From assembly GCA_022394775.1 (NCBI GenBank), contig JAGFCB010000154.1, positions 1,463-65,462 on the forward strand: a DNA stretch of 64,000 nucleotides. Direction: 5' to 3'. A model generated the notes under the pieces. That model saw only the letters and a program-made list of their open reading frames with translations, was not told the DNA's origin and ran no database searches. Positions 36,622-48,122 of this stretch are shown here, piece by piece; positions within the stretch are counted from its first letter, which is position 1, and every line of letters starts with the position of its first letter. The position numbers and the translations under genes were made by a program. Source of the DNA: Candidatus Poribacteria bacterium (GTDB lineage: Bacteria; Poribacteria; WGA-4E; WGA-3G).

Positions 36622-37380
36622 CTATAGCGTGCTATAGAGTTCGGCGTGTCGTTGCAGCACTGCGTCGGAATCCTCTGGATTGATCACCTCTATAGAGACA
36701 AACCCGTTATATCCGTCCTCTGCGAGAAGTGTGAGTGAATCTCGCTCCGTATCTGGTAGCGGTCCGCTATCCCCGAAGTTGACGTGTGCATGCCGGACTT
36801 TGCCGCGCAAATGGACATACGCCACATTGATCGGCTCTCCATGCCGGACATGATGCGCAGCATGCCAATTGACATAAGTGTTCTGCGCTTCAGCGCGATG
36901 CAGTGTCTCCGCAACGTAACTGCCGATAAGGTTGCCGTGTGTCTCCAAACAGAGCGCAACGCCTGCGTCGCCTGCCAATCCGTCGCATTCACGGATACCG
37001 TCTGCTTCCCAATCCAAAGTTTGGGACACTTCAACAGGTGTTTCCGGGACTCTATCCCCAAAGATACGGATATTCGCCGCACCCATCGTCGCTGCGAGGT
37101 CAATGTACCGCTTGAGGAGTTCGACCTGCTCGGCGCGTTTGCTTGCGTCGGGATCAATGAATCGGACCCCCGTTGCGATACAAGAGAGATCAATTCCACT
37201 ATCAACAAATTGGGCGCGTGCATCTCGGAGCTGCTGCGGTGTCGAATCCAATTCAACGCCGTGTCCGTGATTCCACTCGACGCGGAGTTCTAAGTGTTTA
37301 TAGTCATACTGTTTCGCTTTGTCAATCAGTTCCGCCAGCGTTAGTGGGGGACAGACAGACGACATAAATCCAAATTGCAT
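36622..37380 (-). CDS. sugar phosphate isomerase/epimerase (xylose-isomerase-like TIM barrel)
   Basis: ..LELRVEW.., ..LCLETHGN.., ..HAHVNF.., ..SIEV.. pattern. 252 aa. Confidence 0.8.
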   Translation of the reverse strand: MQFGFMSSVCPPLTLAELIDKAKQYDYKHLELRVEWNHGHGVELDSTPQQLRDARAQFVDSGIDLSCIATGVRFIDPDASKRAEQVELLKRYIDLAATMGAANIRIFGDRVPETPVEVSQTLDWEADGIRECDGLAGDAGVALCLETHGNLIGSYVAETLHRAEAQNTYVNWHAAHHVRHGEPINVAYVHLRGKVRHAHVNFGDSGPLPDTERDSLTLLAEDGYNGFVSIEVINPEDSDAVLQRHAELYSTL

Positions 37381-37403
37381 GTAAAGCCTCCAGTTTTGTT
37401 AGG

Positions 37404-40400
37404 TTAGCCTTGAATATCAATAGATGATCCGTATGAACCGTCATCTCCTCGTTTCCTTACGTTAATTTTCACAGGCAAACGTCTCGTTAATTCCCGAATG
37501 TGGCTGATGAGGAAAATGTTGCGTCCTTGCATGCGGAGTCCTTCCAACGCGCCGATTGCAATGTCGAGCGTTTCGGCATCAAGTGTGCCGAACCCTTCGT
37601 CAAGGAACAGCGAGTTGAGTTGCGCCCGCCCGCGACTGAGCTCGGAAAGCGCGAGTGCCAAAGCGAGACTCGTTAGGAACGATTCGCCACCGGAGAGCGT
37701 CTCAACGGGACGTTCCTCATTCGCATTCCAGCGATCAACCACACTTAAGTCGCCGATCCCTTCAACTTTAAGTTGGTACCGCTCGGAAGTGAGATATTTC
37801 AATTGTTCATTTGCCAAGCTGCCCATCTGTTTGAACATAATCTCCAGCGCGAAATCGCGTAAGGTATTAGCGGGAATTGTCTCCTGTAACCGCTGCCAGC
37901 GTTCCAATTCTTGCTGCGCTGTACCGAGTTCAGTGCTGAGAGCCTCGCGTTTTTCGAGCGCATCTTTTATGTCTTTGATTTTCTGCTGCTGCGCACCGAC
38001 CGTTTGCAGTGCTTCTTGAAGCAGCGTCTCAATTTCTTCGAGTTGATGCTCAATTCGTTCTAATGCCTCTGAATCATAAGGCGTTTCTTTAAATCGGGTT
38101 TTTAATTCCGTGACTTCTAACGCGAGTTGCTGGGTTTCCGTCTCATGTGCATCAATCTGATCAGTTATTGCCTGCAGCTGTGTTTCGTCTTGAAAAGCGT
38201 TATCGTGTGTTTCCGGTGAATCAAACCCTGCGTCCGTTAGCTTATAGGTGTAAACTTGACAGGCATTATCAAACTTTTCACTGGATTGCTTCTTTTGCTT
38301 TTCACCAATCTCATGAGCGGTCCGCTTTTGAGTGAGCAACTCTCGACTTTTTTGCAATCTTTCATCAGCTTCGTCCCTTTTATCTTCTTTCGCTTGCAGC
38401 GCAGTTTCTAAAGTATCAATAGCAGTGTCAATCTCGTTTTCCGTTTCCAACCCGTCAGTTTTCTTCCGAACAGCATCTAAAATTTCCTCTCCGTCGTGCC
38501 GATATTCGGCTATCTCTGTTCCCACTTTTTTCTTTCGATCTTCCAGGTCCTCAAATTTGCCTCGATCTGCCTCAATGTTAGTATTAAGCACTTGAAGTTG
38601 TGTTTTTGCTGTGTCGCGTTCATCCTTACGGGTCTCAACTTCGTCAATCTTATTTTCAAACTGATTTACAGCCGCCTTCGGTGTAATACCATGAAAAGCG
38701 TCAGGTAGTAATTCCCAAAAACGGGTTTCAATAGATGTAATGTCCGCTTCCAAATCCTCTATGTTATTATTCACTTCTTGTAACTGCTCCTTAGTTTCCT
38801 GCAAGGACCTCTTCTCATTAGCGATATTGTTTTCGGAATTTTCGAGTTGTTGCAATAGCGTTTGATCAGCATGCGAAGCCTGCGTATGTACCTTCTCAGC
38901 ATCACCGATCACTGTAACAGCATCATTCGCCTCAGTAAACCGTTCGGATGCCCACGCTGACGAGACTTCAATATCCGAATAAATCGTTTGCCATTCAGCG
39001 AGAAGTTCCGCTGCGTCCTTTTGTAGCGTTTGTATCTCTGCGTTGCAATCCTCAATTTGTTCAGTAGTATTTTGTTTGTTCTGCTTAGTCTGAGTCTGTT
39101 TTGTCTTCACAGACTGCATTTGCGCTTGTGCCTCAGTTTCCTGAGTTCTCGCTTTTTCTAAGGCAATTTCGGCATCTTGTAGCAAGTCCTCATTTTCATC
39201 TTCTACAACATCGGCACACGGATGATCTGTCGCTCCACACACTGAACAGGGTTCTCCGGGTTGAAGGCGTTGCCGGAGTTGATTGATTGGGTTTACCCAT
39301 TTCGCCGAGTCTCGCTCTGCTTCACAACGTTGAACGGCTTTTGCTGCCTGCTGACATAAATCCGTTTGCCTTGCTAAGTCGGTTTTAACCTGTTGCAATT
39401 CTATATTCAGTGTAGCTGCAGTATCGTTTAAATCGTTCAAACGATTTTGGTCATCCGCCAAGTTATCTTGTATCGTTTCATATTTCTGTGCGATAGGTTG
39501 TGCCTTAGCTGCGTGCTGCGTTCGGGCAGCCCATTCCTCGCGGGTGCCAGTTGCAATCAGTTCATTCAATTCAGCGGTAACATTGTCTAAAGTTGCTGCT
39601 GCCTCTGTTTTTTCCGAAAGGAGTCCAGCGTGAGTGTTAGACAACTTTTTGATCTCTTGATTCAACGACGACATTTTCTTTTTCGTCCGCGTTCTGCTCG
39701 CTGATGCTGTCTCCAACTGCTTCTGATATGCTGTCATTTCTGCCAACAGGCCGGTTGCATCATTGAGACGTTGCGGGCTATTCGCGGGCAGGTGATTTAC
39801 ATCTAAAAAGGTTTGTGCTTCGTCGATCCATTTCTGCAATCGGGTTTGCTCAGTTTGTTTATCGGTTAATTTGCTTTCCAACGCGTCAATCTGTTTCTCC
39901 AATTCTGCCAAATCTGGATCCCGCTTTTTCGCCTCTGCAAATTGTTCTGCTGCGCGTTGAACATTTGATTTCGCAGTCGTATAGGCTTCCACTTTCCAAT
40001 CACGTTCAACAGATGCGCTCTGATAGACTGCCTCTTTTGCATCAAAATCAATTTGATCGGTTTCAATTTGTTTTTCTGCTTCCGTTTTCTCCATTTCAGC
40101 TGAACTTAATGCCGTTGCTGCCTTTTCAAGTTCCGATTTCGCGCTGTCATACGCCTGTTTTTCAGGAAGAAGTCGCTGGGCTTTTTCTGCAAGTGCTCGC
40201 TCCGATACAAGCGCGTCGATCTCTATTTGCTGCTCTGAAAGTTCTTTTTGTCGTTGTTCTGCAGACTGGAGTTTCTCGAAGTCCTCTGTGCGCTTCGTTT
40301 CCCGATCTTTTTGTTCTTGAATTTGTTGACTTCCCGCCGCTAAAGCGTCGGCTTCAGTTTGCAATCTGTCAAGTTCCGTTTCAGCATCTGTGAGCTGCTC

Positions 40401-41057
40401 ACGAGACGCTTCTGGAATCCTATTTAATTTATCGTAGACTTCGGCGTTCGCTGTCTCGACTTCACTAACTTTGTCATTCAACGCTTGCTTCAGTACATCG
40501 TAGATACTGACACCTGCAGTCGCTTCCAAAATTGTGCGTCTCTCTTCGTTGCTCGCCTTCAAGAACGCTGCGAATTCGCCTTGCGCTAACATGACTGACC
40601 GCCTGAAGGCATCAAAATCGAGTCCTAAAATAGACTCCACCTCTTCACTGACTGTGTTTTGGCTTGAACCGAGAGATTTGCCACGTGTTGATAGTTTATC
40701 GCTAATCAATTTGCCATCATCGGCGTAAAACAACTGTACCTTCGGGGCACCTTTTTGTCTAATAGACCAAGTCGCAAGATAACGGGTGCCGTTTGCTATG
40801 AACTGCACTTCGGCGAATGCTTCTTTTTCACCGTGACTAATGAGGTGATTCGGATTTTGGCTCCCGGTTCCACTCAATCGCGGGGTTCTCCCGTAGAGTG
40901 CAACGCAAATCGCATCTAACAATGTGGTCTTCCCAGCACCGGTTGGCCCGGTAATCGCTACAAGTGAGGCATCATCCAACGGAGGATTTTCAAAATCAAT
41001 ATCAACTGGGTTGCGAAAACTATTTAGATTCTTAAGTTTCAACCTACATATCTTCAT
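37404..41057 (-). CDS. sbcC: exonuclease SbcC (Rad50-like SMC ATPase)
   Basis: N-terminal Walker [12 protein letters not shown], about 900 aa of coiled coil with central zinc hook CSVC, C-terminal signature LSGGESF and Walker B LFLDEGFG. Confidence 0.9.
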   Translation of the reverse strand: MKICRLKLKNLNSFRNPVDIDFENPPLDDASLVAITGPTGAGKTTLLDAICVALYGRTPRLSGTGSQNPNHLISHGEKEAFAEVQFIANGTRYLATWSIRQKGAPKVQLFYADDGKLISDKLSTRGKSLGSSQNTVSEEVESILGLDFDAFRRSVMLAQGEFAAFLKASNEERRTILEATAGVSIYDVLKQALNDKVSEVETANAEVYDKLNRIPEASREQLTDAETELDRLQTEADALAAGSQQIQEQKDRETKRTEDFEKLQSAEQRQKELSEQQIEIDALVSERALAEKAQRLLPEKQAYDSAKSELEKAATALSSAEMEKTEAEKQIETDQIDFDAKEAVYQSASVERDWKVEAYTTAKSNVQRAAEQFAEAKKRDPDLAELEKQIDALESKLTDKQTEQTRLQKWIDEAQTFLDVNHLPANSPQRLNDATGLLAEMTAYQKQLETASASRTRTKKKMSSLNQEIKKLSNTHAGLLSEKTEAAATLDNVTAELNELIATGTREEWAARTQHAAKAQPIAQKYETIQDNLADDQNRLNDLNDTAATLNIELQQVKTDLARQTDLCQQAAKAVQRCEAERDSAKWVNPINQLRQRLQPGEPCSVCGATDHPCADVVEDENEDLLQDAEIALEKARTQETEAQAQMQSVKTKQTQTKQNKQNTTEQIEDCNAEIQTLQKDAAELLAEWQTIYSDIEVSSAWASERFTEANDAVTVIGDAEKVHTQASHADQTLLQQLENSENNIANEKRSLQETKEQLQEVNNNIEDLEADITSIETRFWELLPDAFHGITPKAAVNQFENKIDEVETRKDERDTAKTQLQVLNTNIEADRGKFEDLEDRKKKVGTEIAEYRHDGEEILDAVRKKTDGLETENEIDTAIDTLETALQAKEDKRDEADERLQKSRELLTQKRTAHEIGEKQKKQSSEKFDNACQVYTYKLTDAGFDSPETHDNAFQDETQLQAITDQIDAHETETQQLALEVTELKTRFKETPYDSEALERIEHQLEEIETLLQEALQTVGAQQQKIKDIKDALEKREALSTELGTAQQELERWQRLQETIPANTLRDFALEIMFKQMGSLANEQLKYLTSERYQLKVEGIGDLSVVDRWNANEERPVETLSGGESFLTSLALALALSELSRGRAQLNSLFLDEGFGTLDAETLDIAIGALEGLRMQGRNIFLISHIRELTRRLPVKINVRKRGDDGSYGSSIDIQG

Positions 41058-42226
41058 TCGGACTCCTCAACCATCTGGACCAATTCGCGAAATGTCTGCG
41101 TCAAGGTTTCATCCGGTGTTTTACCATCGTAATTCGACTTGTAAAACTGTTCAAAGATCTCCGCTGGACGTTTCATATCTTCAACGAGGATCGCTGGTCC
41201 CTGCTTTGCCTCCGGCAATTCAAGTTCCACGCTCAGTACATCACCACCACGATCGCTAAATGCTTTCCGTATTTCATCGCTGATACCGACTCTCGGTGCG
41301 TCCAATTTCAGTTTGACTTGGACATACTTTCCGCGCCAGTCGGCTGTCATTGCATCTGATAAAACTGAAACTTCATCACCCTCAACAGTGCATAATTCTT
41401 TGAAGGTCGGGATCTCAATTTCTTCATCTCGCACGAGCGTGCCATCATCAGACAATTCCAGTAAATATATTTTTTTTCTATAACCTGTTTCGTTGAACCG
41501 TAGTGGAATCGGTGAACCGGAATAGCGGATTGGATAATCGGTGCCGCTGATTGTCTGCGGTCTGTGAAGGTGCCCCAAGGCGACATAACTGACATCATCA
41601 GGAAAATCGCTGACGTGGGTAGCCGTTGCACCACCAATCTGTACGTTCCGTTCAGAATCGCCGACTTGTCCATCTTGGACGAAGAGGTGTCCCATTAAAA
41701 TCTTAGGGAGTTCCGATGGCATAGCAGAAACGCAATCATCATAGAACATCTTGAGCCACTCCCGATACCGTTCGTTCCGCTCAGTTTCTGTTTCATACGA
41801 CAGGTGCCGGAGGTCGCTTTCAGAGAGATATGGAACAGCAGCAACGGCAACTCGGGGATTGTCCGGAGGGAGAACAACGACACAGTCATCAGCCGCATTC
41901 GCAAGGCCAACAACGTGGATTCTGCCCATTTTGAGAAATTCGCGTGGTGCTTCCAAGTGACGGGCAGAGTCGTGGTTGCCAGCAGTAATCACTGTGTATG
42001 CATTCGTCTCATCAAAAAGACGGTAGAGAAACCGGTAATAGAGATTCGTTGATTCCGAGGAGGGGAGCGCCGTATCAAAAATGTCGCCTGAAACGAGGAG
42101 GAGTTCGACTTGATATTCTTGGATCTTTTTAAGAAGCCAACCCAGAAATTTTTCATGTTCGTCAGTGCGTTGACGTTCATGGAGCCGTTGACCGATGTGC
42201 CAATCGGCAGTATGTAGTATTCTCAT
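41054..42226 (-). CDS. sbcD: exonuclease SbcD (Mre11-like nuclease)
   Basis: [24 protein letters not shown] motifs. Its 3' end overlaps the sbcC start by 4 nt. ATG 42226 chosen (the track ORF extends to 42286). Confidence 0.9.
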   Translation of the reverse strand: MRILHTADWHIGQRLHERQRTDEHEKFLGWLLKKIQEYQVELLLVSGDIFDTALPSSESTNLYYRFLYRLFDETNAYTVITAGNHDSARHLEAPREFLKMGRIHVVGLANAADDCVVVLPPDNPRVAVAAVPYLSESDLRHLSYETETERNERYREWLKMFYDDCVSAMPSELPKILMGHLFVQDGQVGDSERNVQIGGATATHVSDFPDDVSYVALGHLHRPQTISGTDYPIRYSGSPIPLRFNETGYRKKIYLLELSDDGTLVRDEEIEIPTFKELCTVEGDEVSVLSDAMTADWRGKYVQVKLKLDAPRVGISDEIRKAFSDRGGDVLSVELELPEAKQGPAILVEDMKRPAEIFEQFYKSNYDGKTPDETLTQTFRELVQMVEESE

Positions 42227-42471
42227 ATTTTTTATACGTTTACCGCCTGTTGAAAATTGTTTGAAAGATCCGATATAAACTATCATAACAAATCTCTAAA
42301 TCTCTTTTCAAGCAAATTAATTCATTGCGAAAAATGGAGGCGCGTGATAGACTAAAGTCAACGCTAAAGCCAATCATTCGTGAAGTTCGTTGACTACATT
42401 GAAATACTACATTTTTCGATAAAAACGGAAATTTAGTGATTGCAATGCCGTGGACAATAAGGAGTTAGCCC

Positions 42472-43674
42472 ATGAAAGACAACGCAAACCCCCTCAGCCC
42501 AGAATTAGAAGAGATGCAAGTCTATGGAGAAACACGGGTCGGATGGGATGCGCACACACCTCCCAATGAAACCGTCGATGGGGACGGAAACTACACTCCG
42601 AGCCGTAGAGGCTTCGGTATAGCAGATCCGAATTCGCCCAAACGTCGGGTCTACGACGATCCAGAAGTTGAGGCACTCCGCGCAAAACTCCGTGAACATA
42701 ACGGCATCCGTGGACTCGAAATTTGTGATCCGCATGAAGTCAAGAGAGCCGCTCGGATCTTCCATCGGGACGGGTTTGTTGTGGTGCGCGACCTACTCAA
42801 TCCTGAACAACTTGCACGCTGGAGAGATGGATGCGCCGAAGCACTTCGCGATATTCTTTCAGTCCCTGACGAAGGAAACAGAAAATACGTAACCGAGACC
42901 AATAGGCTGCCACACCGCTATAGTTACGGCACCTCTTCTGCTTCAAGACAGATGCTACATCACCCCGCTTGGGCAAGCATGATTGATCTGCCAACAACAA
43001 CACCAATCGTCACAGAGATTTTCGGCGGCTCAGATTACCGAGTATGGGGTTCAGGTGGCGACCTCTGCCTTCCCGGTGCGATTGAATACCAACATCTGCA
43101 TCTCGACGGTAGAGATTCACAACACCTCACCGAAGCGCGGATCGCGCAAGCAGAGCGACTCGGTGCTCAACTGCGCAGAGACGACAATGGCAACCTCGAT
43201 GTCCCCTCACAAAAATTGATTATGGAGATGACACCGCCGATGGTCACTATCAACTTCATCATGTGTGATCTCACTTGGGAAAACGGACCGATCCGTCAGA
43301 TTCCCGGAACACATACGTTAGAACAGAACCCACCGCCTCCGGGCGACGAACCCGATTGGATGAAACATTCAACGCTCGTCGGTGCGACTGCCGGTTCTGG
43401 CGTATTCCGAGATAACCGGGCATGGCACGGCGCAACACCGAATTTATCAAAAGAAATCCGGGCACTGCCAAATGTTGAGTACGCGGCACCGTGGCGTACA
43501 CAGCACGGTTTCAGCAGGATTATGCCACATGAAATCTGGGAAACTTTGACACCATTCGGTCAGAAACTGTGCGATTGGATTAAAGCGGAACCCGGTGTCT
43601 GGCCCCCCGGTGCGGGTATTATGCATCCACTCGCAGGCAAGCGCGCGGAAGCCATACAAAAATCAAACGGTTAG
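42472..43674 (+). CDS. phytanoyl-CoA dioxygenase (PhyH) family protein
   Basis: FHRDGFVVVRDLLNPEQL, HLHLDG (HxD) and a late WHGATPN. RBS AAGGAG. Confidence 0.75.
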   Translation: MKDNANPLSPELEEMQVYGETRVGWDAHTPPNETVDGDGNYTPSRRGFGIADPNSPKRRVYDDPEVEALRAKLREHNGIRGLEICDPHEVKRAARIFHRDGFVVVRDLLNPEQLARWRDGCAEALRDILSVPDEGNRKYVTETNRLPHRYSYGTSSASRQMLHHPAWASMIDLPTTTPIVTEIFGGSDYRVWGSGGDLCLPGAIEYQHLHLDGRDSQHLTEARIAQAERLGAQLRRDDNGNLDVPSQKLIMEMTPPMVTINFIMCDLTWENGPIRQIPGTHTLEQNPPPPGDEPDWMKHSTLVGATAGSGVFRDNRAWHGATPNLSKEIRALPNVEYAAPWRTQHGFSRIMPHEIWETLTPFGQKLCDWIKAEPGVWPPGAGIMHPLAGKRAEAIQKSNG

Positions 43675-43690
43675 CAGGAGGAAATAACAG

Positions 43691-44731
43691 ATGTTAAATT
43701 GGGGCGTTATGGGAGCAGGCGGTATCGCCTATGTTTTCTGCAACGGCATGCGTTTTACAGATACAGGACAGATCCTTGCAGTCGCGAGTCGCACGCAAGA
43801 ACGTAACGATAGACTCGCCAACGATTTCGGTATCTCTCGTCAATACAACGATTACGCCGATCTGTTAACCGATGACGATATTGACGCTGTTTATATAGCG
43901 ACAATTCATCCGTTACATGCAGAGTGGGCGATAAAATGTGCCGAAGCGGGGAAACATCTACTGATCGAAAAACCGATTAGCATGAATCACGCCGAAACTG
44001 CTGCGATGGTGAACGCTGCACGCGAAAACGATGTTTTCCTCATGGAAGCCTTTATGTATCGGTGCCATCCACAGATCGCTAAAATGGTTGAGTTGATACA
44101 AGACGGCACCATCGGTGAGGTCCAAGCCATTCGTGCGACGTTCGGTTACCGCTCAGGTTTCAATCCAGAGAGCCGTATCTATAATCGTGAGATGGGCGGT
44201 GGTGGTATTCTCGACATCGGATGTTATACCGCATCAATGGCACGGAAAGTTGCAGGCGCAGCGGCAAATGAACTCTTTCTGAACCCGATTTCTGTAAAAG
44301 GGAACGGAAAAGTCGGTCCGACAGGTGTGGATCATATCGCAGCGGCAACCCTGAAATTTGAGAACGATATTATCGCTGAGATCGTTTGTGCAGTTGAATG
44401 CACTTACGGTAGTAACGTTATCATCTACGGCACGGAAGGCACACTAACGATTCCGAATCCGTGGCTGCCGTCATCGCCTTGCCGCGGTGCAAGAGAACCA
44501 CTACCGCCTGATACAACTTTCCCCGCAACGCAACTGATCGTTCAATCGTCCCAAAGTCCGGAAACGACTGAAGTCATTGTCCCCGCCGACAGGGATCTGT
44601 TTACTTATGAAGCGGACACGGTCGCAACACATATCGCTGACCGACAGGCACCGGCGATGTCTTGGGAGGATACGCTTGGTAACATGCAGCTGCTTGATGC
44701 TTGGCGCGAAGAGGTTGGCGTTGTAAAGTAA
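43691..44731 (+). CDS. Gfo/Idh/MocA family oxidoreductase
   Basis: N-terminal Rossmann motif WGVMGAGGIA, and EKP motif LLIEKPIS. Confidence 0.9.
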   Translation: MLNWGVMGAGGIAYVFCNGMRFTDTGQILAVASRTQERNDRLANDFGISRQYNDYADLLTDDDIDAVYIATIHPLHAEWAIKCAEAGKHLLIEKPISMNHAETAAMVNAARENDVFLMEAFMYRCHPQIAKMVELIQDGTIGEVQAIRATFGYRSGFNPESRIYNREMGGGGILDIGCYTASMARKVAGAAANELFLNPISVKGNGKVGPTGVDHIAAATLKFENDIIAEIVCAVECTYGSNVIIYGTEGTLTIPNPWLPSSPCRGAREPLPPDTTFPATQLIVQSSQSPETTEVIVPADRDLFTYEADTVATHIADRQAPAMSWEDTLGNMQLLDAWREEVGVVK

Positions 44732-44760
44732 CGGAAAAAAAAGGTGTCAATACAAATGTC

Positions 44761-44789
44761 TTGCATGTTTTTCCGATTGATTGTATACT
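44761..44789 (+). promoter_or_regulatory. sigma70-like promoter for aroQ
   Basis: TTGCAT (44761..44766), 17-nt spacer, TATACT (44784..44789). Confidence 0.45.
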
Positions 44790-44831
44790 GCTTATGGCAA
44801 AGGTAATACTTTACGAAAAAGGAACACTTGC

Positions 44832-45290
44832 ATGAACATCCTTGTCCTACACGGACCGAATTTACATCTCTTGGGAAAACGTCAACCGGAGATTTATGGG
44901 CACGAAACTTTGGCAGACATTAATACGATGCTTGACCAACACGCCGCAGCGTCGTCGCATCCGATTGTCCTGAAAATGTTTCAATCTAACCACGAAGGAG
45001 AACTCGTCTCTATCATCGGTAACCATATCGACTGGGCAGACGGCATTTTAATTAATCCTGCAGCCTATACACACACCAGCGTCGCTATCCGAGATGCACT
45101 ATCTACCGTCGCACTACCTGTCATTGAGATCCACCTCTCTAACATCTACGCCCGTGAGGAATTTCGGCATCATTCATACATATCGGCGATCGCTGTTGGT
45201 GTCATTGGCGGTTTTGGCACGCATAGTTATAAACTTGCCCTTGAAGCAATGATCCACATCCTGCAGCTAAAAATGGAACCGTCAGAATAG
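44832..45290 (+). CDS. aroQ: type II 3-dehydroquinate dehydratase
   Basis: [49 protein letters not shown]. Confidence 0.92.
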   Translation: MNILVLHGPNLHLLGKRQPEIYGHETLADINTMLDQHAAASSHPIVLKMFQSNHEGELVSIIGNHIDWADGILINPAAYTHTSVAIRDALSTVALPVIEIHLSNIYAREEFRHHSYISAIAVGVIGGFGTHSYKLALEAMIHILQLKMEPSE

Positions 45291-45367
45291 ATACTTTGAG
45301 TAAAGACATCTTACACTGAATTTATATGGAATTATAACACACAATCTGGAATACAAGGAATATCTCT

Positions 45368-46513
45368 ATGGCAGAAAACCGATTTATACCCTTTAGTCGT
45401 CCTTGGATCGATGATACCGAAATAGAAGCCGTGAGCCAAGTACTCGCCTCGAAATGGATCAGCACGGGAAACAGAACACGAGAGTTTGAACGCGCCTTCG
45501 CCGAATACCTTGGTGTTAAGCACGCGATTGCCGTCAGTTCTTGCACCGCAGCGTTGCATCTGAGTCTCGTTGTAGCCGAAATCGGCAGCGGCGACGAAGT
45601 CATCACGACTCCTTACACCTTCACTGCGACTGCCGAGGCGATCCGATATGTCGGTGCGAAGCCTGTGTTTGTGGACATCCATCCCGATACACTAAACATT
45701 GACACAAGTAAAATTGAGCAGGCGATAACGCCCCGTACAAAAGCGATACTCCCTGTTCATATTGCGGGTCTCCCGTGCGATATGGACGCACTACAGGACA
45801 TAAGTCGGAACCACAATCTCATTCTCATTGACGATGCAGCGCACGCCATTCCTGCTGAATATAAGGAGCAATACATTGGCACCCTCGGTGACCTGTCCGC
45901 CTTTAGTTTCTATGCGAATAAGAATCTCACTACAGGGGAAGGCGGTATGATTACCACTAACAACGACGCATTCGCTAAACTGCTCCGCACAATGCGACTT
46001 CACGGGATCGACAAAGACGCGTGGGCACGTCAATCGCAGCGCAATATATGGCGTTACGACATCGCTACTGAAGGCTATAAATACAACATGACCGATATTC
46101 AAGCGGCGATGGGGTTGTGCCAACTTATGAAACTTAACAAGCAGCATGAACGTCGCCGAAATTTTGCGCAGATCTACCAAACGGAACTGGCGAAATTCCG
46201 GCAGATTAGCACGCCCGTGGCACCGGATAATCCCCGCGAGCATGCGTGGCACCTCTACATCATCCAACTCCAGAGCGGCAACCGAGACGCATTTGTGGAG
46301 TCTCTCAGCGAGGCGAACATTGAATGCAGTGTCCACTATATCCCGCTACATCTCTTCGAGTTCTATCAGGATCAATACGGTTACCAAATAGGCGATTTCC
46401 CGTGTGCTGAGGCGGCATTTGAGCGCGTTGTGAGTCTCCCACTCCACCCCGGGTTAACAGAGGAAGATATCCATATCGTGATTGATGCGATAGGCAAAGT
46501 TTTGGAGTCATAA
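45368..46513 (+). CDS. DegT/DnrJ/EryC1/StrS family sugar aminotransferase
   Basis: IPFSRPWI.., AVSSCTAALHL, DDAAHA, SFYANKNLTTGEGG (PLP lysine). Confidence 0.9.
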   Translation: MAENRFIPFSRPWIDDTEIEAVSQVLASKWISTGNRTREFERAFAEYLGVKHAIAVSSCTAALHLSLVVAEIGSGDEVITTPYTFTATAEAIRYVGAKPVFVDIHPDTLNIDTSKIEQAITPRTKAILPVHIAGLPCDMDALQDISRNHNLILIDDAAHAIPAEYKEQYIGTLGDLSAFSFYANKNLTTGEGGMITTNNDAFAKLLRTMRLHGIDKDAWARQSQRNIWRYDIATEGYKYNMTDIQAAMGLCQLMKLNKQHERRRNFAQIYQTELAKFRQISTPVAPDNPREHAWHLYIIQLQSGNRDAFVESLSEANIECSVHYIPLHLFEFYQDQYGYQIGDFPCAEAAFERVVSLPLHPGLTEEDIHIVIDAIGKVLES

Positions 46514-47134
46514 TTGAGGCGCGGGCTCTTGCCTATGCTGCAGTTCAACAGGTTTATTGGACATACGATGGAAACCCGCAACCCTGTGCCCTCCACACTC
46601 TATCAAATCATCCCCTCTGAGGTCTGTTTCTCATGCAATGTTTGCTGTCGGTTTTTAGAGGTAGACAGCCCGCTTGCACCCATTTTCACTGAGACAGAGA
46701 GACAAAAAGCCATTGCACAAGGTACTGATCCCTCACTCTTTCGCCCACAAACAGACGGGAACAGCGCGCAGATCCAGCTCAAACCGCACAACGATTTCTA
46801 TATATGCCCCTTTTTTGAACCAGAGACGAGCCACTGCACCATCTATCCGATCCGTCCGCTGGATTGCCAACTCTATCCGTTCGCGCTGATGTACAGCGAG
46901 GATAGAAGCGAGGTTGTGCTCGGTGTAGATACCCTCTGCCCGTTCGGTGAGGAACATCTCGAAACGGCGGCGTTCCAGCAGCATATCCATGATGTTATTA
47001 ATTACGTTGAATCCGAGGCGGTTATCGCACTGATTACAGAGAATTGGAGCCTCATCGGCGATTATCAAGATACCGTAAAAATTGTCCACACCTTAGCAGA
47101 GTTGACAGATGCAACTCCAGCCACTCACACTTAA
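46514..47134 (+). CDS. YkgJ-family cysteine-cluster (zinc/iron-chelating) protein
   Basis: CFSCNVCC .. CPFF .. CTIYPIRPLDCQLYPF pattern. TTG 46514 follows GGAG directly after the DegT stop; ATG 46535 and 46568 are alternatives. Confidence 0.65.
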   Translation: MRRGLLPMLQFNRFIGHTMETRNPVPSTLYQIIPSEVCFSCNVCCRFLEVDSPLAPIFTETERQKAIAQGTDPSLFRPQTDGNSAQIQLKPHNDFYICPFFEPETSHCTIYPIRPLDCQLYPFALMYSEDRSEVVLGVDTLCPFGEEHLETAAFQQHIHDVINYVESEAVIALITENWSLIGDYQDTVKIVHTLAELTDATPATHT

Positions 47135-48026
47135 CGATAAACCGATTTTTGACGCACACGCGCATCGGACGTACGCGCGCCTGTCTCACTATGCCTTCAC
47201 ACCAGTCTATATCTGGCAAGAACATTTTCAGTTCTATTGGGCACCACTGGCAGATTACTTATGCCTCTTCGCCAAACAGGGTGACGACTATTTCATGCCG
47301 ATATTGCCCATACCGTGCGAGACTGAAACCAGCACCTATCTAAATGTTATTTGCCAAGCATATCAATTTATGTTAGCATCCAATCGGAATCCGCACATCG
47401 CCCGTATCGAAAATGTACCACAAGAAATGATTTCTACCTTTGAAAAGAATGGGTTTCGTGCGACCTTGAAGGAGACTGAATATCTCTATGAAACTGAGGT
47501 GCTCGCAGGACTGAGAGGGGATCGCTACAAGCAGCAACGCCACGCGTATAACACTTTTGTAACACAGCATCCTGCAGCAAAATTGCGTCCGTACATCGAA
47601 ACGGATCAGGATGCGTGTCTCGCGCTTTATGATGTATGGCGGAAGGGACGTTCGGAAAGATACGACGATCCGGTCTATAACGCGATGCTCGACGATTCAC
47701 AATCAGCACATAGGATCGGAATTTCACGTGCGGAAGCACTCGGACTCCTCGGTAGGGTTGTCCATATTGACGGAGAAATCAGGGGTTATACCTTTGGCTA
47801 TCCATTGAATGCGGAAACTTTCTGCATCCTTTTCGAGGTAACCAACCTAAAAGTAAAGGGACTTGCCCAGTTTATCTATCGCGAATTCTGTACGGAATTA
47901 AAGGGCACCCACAGATGGATTAACGCGATGGACGACTCAGGGTTGGAAAATCTAAAGCGCGTCAAACTCGCCTATCATCCTACTCAATTGCTTCCATCGT
48001 ACAATATTATAAGACAAAAAAATTAA
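47109..48026 (+). CDS. DUF2156 domain protein (MprF C-terminal, aminoacyl-transferase-like GNAT fold)
   Basis: N-terminal LTLNDKPIFD..SHYAFTPVYIWQ and C-terminal ..INAMDDSGLENLKRVKLAYHP resemble standalone DUF2156 proteins. Overlaps the upstream gene by 26 nt. Confidence 0.65.
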   Translation: MQLQPLTLNDKPIFDAHAHRTYARLSHYAFTPVYIWQEHFQFYWAPLADYLCLFAKQGDDYFMPILPIPCETETSTYLNVICQAYQFMLASNRNPHIARIENVPQEMISTFEKNGFRATLKETEYLYETEVLAGLRGDRYKQQRHAYNTFVTQHPAAKLRPYIETDQDACLALYDVWRKGRSERYDDPVYNAMLDDSQSAHRIGISRAEALGLLGRVVHIDGEIRGYTFGYPLNAETFCILFEVTNLKVKGLAQFIYREFCTELKGTHRWINAMDDSGLENLKRVKLAYHPTQLLPSYNIIRQKN

Positions 48027-48122
48027 AAAAAAGCGCAGCCCAAGCATCGCGCCGGGTGGGTCAACGAAAAGGAACGTCAAACATCTAATCCACCTTACCG
48101 AACTGCAAGGAAACTTAAAAGA

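Noticed and set aside
37498-40393. Several 60-190-aa plus-strand ORFs inside sbcC (for example 37498..38019 and 39815..40393)
   Set aside because: They are antisense to the 1217-aa SbcC ORF. The repetitive coiled-coil coding sequence tends to keep antisense frames open.
42227-42471. SOS (LexA) box upstream of sbcD
   Set aside because: No CTGT-N8-ACAG or GAAC-N4-GTTC type palindrome was found by eye in the intergenic region.
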